Assembly (NCBI GenBank): GCA_963737655.1
Contig: CAVTTN010000002.1
Coordinates: 6,496,001 to 6,560,000 of the forward strand
Source of the DNA: an uncultured Planctomycetota bacterium
Lineage (GTDB): Bacteria > Planctomycetota > Planctomycetia > Isosphaerales > Isosphaeraceae
Direction: 5' to 3'
Length of the DNA stretch: 64,000 nucleotides
The position numbers and the translations under genes are program-made. Below are positions 61,945 through 64,000 of the stretch, piece after piece. The stretch's first letter is position 1; each line of letters begins with the position of its first letter. The notes beneath the pieces were generated by a model that worked only from the letters and a program-made list of their open reading frames with translations, did no database searches and was not told the origin of the DNA.

Positions 61945-62841
61945 CTAGCTTCCGCGGATGAGTCCCGTGATCCTCTCGAACTCTTCCTGGCTGTTGAAGT
62001 CGATGACGATTTGCCCGCGGTCTCGGGCCTTGACCCGGATCAGTACGGGCGTCCCGAACCGTTCCCGGAGGTTCCCTTCGAGCTCCAGGACGTGGGGCGC
62101 CTTCCCGCCCGAGGGGGTGGAGCCCGGCTCGGCGGCGTCCTTGCGGATGCGGGTCTTCGCGGCCGTCGGCTCGCCGGTTTGCACGAGCGCCTCGGTCTGG
62201 CGGACCGAAAGGTTCTCGGCAATGATCCGTGAACATGCCGCGATCTGCGAGGCCGCGTCCGGCAGGCCGAGCAAGGCGCGGGCGTGGCCCTGGGTGATCT
62301 TCTTGTTGCGGACCGCTTCCTGGACCTCGGCAGGCAGGTCGAGGAGCCGGAGGAGGTTGGAGACGGTGGAGCGGTCCACGCCGAGGCGGCCGGCGAGTTC
62401 CTCCTGGGTGCCTCCGTAGCTGTCCAGGTAGCTGCGGAAGGCGGTGGCCTTGTCCAGCGCGTTGAGGTCTTCTCGCTGGAGGTTCTCGACCATCGCGAGT
62501 TCGGAGATCCGCTGGTCGTCCAGCTCCATCACTCGGGCGGGAACGTCGTGGAGCCGGGCCTCGATGGCGGCCCTCAGCCGGCGTTCTCCGGCGATCAATT
62601 GAAAGCGGCTGCCGCGGGTTCGGACCAGGATCGGCTGGAGCATCCCGTGCTGGCGGAGGCTGTCGGCCAGGGAGGCGATGTCGGCCGGGTCGAACTGGCG
62701 GCGGGGCTGGAACGGGTTAGGATCGACCTGATCGACGGCCACGTGGATCAGTTCGGCGGCTTCGAGCGCCGAGGGCTCCAGCCCCCCTTCCTCGGTGCCG
62801 AGCAACGAGGCCAATCCGCGGCCGAGACGCTTCTTATTCAC
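61945..62841 (-). CDS. parB: Chromosome partitioning protein ParB
   Basis: LGRGL, NPFQPR, LQPILVR, IAGERRLRA, ENLQREDLN, HTH, GHARALL. Confidence 0.96.
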   Translation of the reverse strand: MNKKRLGRGLASLLGTEEGGLEPSALEAAELIHVAVDQVDPNPFQPRRQFDPADIASLADSLRQHGMLQPILVRTRGSRFQLIAGERRLRAAIEARLHDVPARVMELDDQRISELAMVENLQREDLNALDKATAFRSYLDSYGGTQEELAGRLGVDRSTVSNLLRLLDLPAEVQEAVRNKKITQGHARALLGLPDAASQIAACSRIIAENLSVRQTEALVQTGEPTAAKTRIRKDAAEPGSTPSGGKAPHVLELEGNLRERFGTPVLIRVKARDRGQIVIDFNSQEEFERITGLIRGS

Positions 62842-63580
62842 GGTCGAGGACCTCCATGACCAGTTCGGCATAGGCCCGGGCCCCTCGGGCCCGGGGGGCG
62901 TAATCCAGGACGCTCCGGCCGTGGCTCGGCGACTCGCTGATCGCGACGTCTCGAGGAACCATCGTCTCGAAGACCGCCCCGTCGAAGTACTCGCGGACCT
63001 CGTTGGCCACCTCATTAGCCAGCTCCAGCGCCGGGTCGAACATCGTCAGGACGATCCCGCCGATCTCCAGCCGGTTGTTGTCGCGGGCCTTGGTGTGGCG
63101 GGCCAGCTCGATGATCTGAGACAGCCCCTCCATCGCGAAGTATTCGCACTGGATCGGGATATAGATCTCGGCCGACGCCCCGAGGGCCGCCCGGGTCAAC
63201 TGGCCGAGCGAGGGCGGGCAATCCAGGAATACGAAATCGAAGTGGGCGAGTTCTTCGTGGAGCTGTTGACGCAGGGCCGAGGCCCGTTGCCGGTTCGTGG
63301 CCGAGAGGGCGTCGGCATCGGCTAGGCTCTGCGATCCGGGGAGGACCGCGAGCCTCGGCTGCGACGTTTCGGCCACGGACTCGACCAGGGGTTTCCCGGC
63401 GAGCAAGGGGTGCCTCGGCGGCGGCTCGACGCCCAGCCCACTTGTAGCGTTGCACTGGGGATCGATGTCCACGACCAGCGCAGTCCGACCGGCCTTGGCC
63501 AGTCCGGCGGCGAGGTTGATGGCGGTCGTGGTTTTGCCCACTCCGCCCTTCTGATTGGCCACGCTGATGATCTTGGCCAC
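62834..63580 (-). CDS. parA: Chromosome partitioning ATPase ParA/Soj
   Basis: NQKGGVGKTTT, DIDPQCNAT, DCPPSLG, QCEYFAMEGL, ESPSHG. Confidence 0.96.
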   Translation of the reverse strand: MAKIISVANQKGGVGKTTTAINLAAGLAKAGRTALVVDIDPQCNATSGLGVEPPPRHPLLAGKPLVESVAETSQPRLAVLPGSQSLADADALSATNRQRASALRQQLHEELAHFDFVFLDCPPSLGQLTRAALGASAEIYIPIQCEYFAMEGLSQIIELARHTKARDNNRLEIGGIVLTMFDPALELANEVANEVREYFDGAVFETMVPRDVAISESPSHGRSVLDYAPRARGARAYAELVMEVLDRE

Positions 63581-63715
63581 GTCCGTGCGGCCTCCGATTC
63601 AGAAAGGCGATCGGTCCGGGCGGGGATGGTACTCGGAGGGTCCGGGGGTGTAAAGCTCAAGACGGAGGGAGCGTGGGAGCGGCGAACGCAGTTGCGAGCT
63701 TCGTCTTCGCGGTTG

Positions 63716-63737
63716 GGTGAATTGCATGCACCCTACG
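63716..63737 (-). repeat. Solitary GTAG-type REP (same family as 6507-6781)
   Basis: GGTGAATTGCATGCACCCTACG versus GGTGCATTTCATGCACCCTACG, 2 mismatches. Confidence 0.6.
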
Positions 63738-64000
63738 GGGGCGATTCGGACGAAAGGCCGAGTCTTGCGGCCTCGGTTTCGAGGGCCTCGCTGTACGAGA
63801 TGGGATACGCTCCCGAGGCGTCCGGTCCTCGGAGGTCCTCGGGGATGGCGGCTCGCTGGGTCCGGCAATGCTCGCGGATCTCTTCGAGGGAGGGGAGCCC
63901 GAGGAGTTCTCCCCCGACGACTACCGGCGTCAACAACGGCTCGCCGTCGGCCGTCTCGTCGGAGCGCGTGACGTGGTCTCCAGCGAACCTCCCCTGCCCG
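63733..64000 (-). CDS. pncB: Nicotinate phosphoribosyltransferase, C-terminal fragment running off the window
   Basis: GDHVTRSDE...EPLL..V...G....PSLEEIREHC..Q...IP..LR.....YPISYS.AL resembles the NAPRTase C-terminus. Confidence 0.7.
   Translation of the reverse strand, partial: GQGRFAGDHVTRSDETADGEPLLTPVVVGGELLGLPSLEEIREHCRTQRAAIPEDLRGPDASGAYPISYSEALETEAARLGLSSESPP

Overview
GC-rich bacterial chromosome segment, very likely from a Planctomycete (Isosphaeraceae-like). This is inferred from LExRxLL N-terminal motifs, a DUF1592/DUF1552-type pair, a PVC-type CxxCH heme protein, TIGR03067-like proteins, an ECF sigma/Ser-Thr kinase pair and a PEP-CTERM protein. Core genes: a sigma-70 factor, rpsA, cmk, plsC, efpL/yeiP, rnc, deoC, parA, parB, the 3' end of pncB, tRNA-Val(TAC) and tRNA-Pro(TGG). 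Accessory blocks: (i) an operon-like run of four alkaline-phosphatase-superfamily enzymes led by a small AYFGP membrane peptide; (ii) a ~9.6 kb cassette with an IS630 remnant and a ~2,840 aa repeat adhesin, flanked by tRNA-Val and a D-arm-less tRNA-Val-like copy, each followed by a similar 11-6-11 palindromic site; (iii) a ~19 kb putative hemicellulose/redox locus behind an ECF-kinase pair; (iv) a disrupted ELWxxDGT surface protein. There are also two REP/REPIN-like repeat families, a parS site inside deoC and a ChpT-like pseudo-histidine kinase next to parAB. About 19 single-base frameshifts, including two in the essential rpsA, point to long-read indel errors, so most split genes are probably intact in vivo. 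All family assignments come from motif recognition, not database searches.
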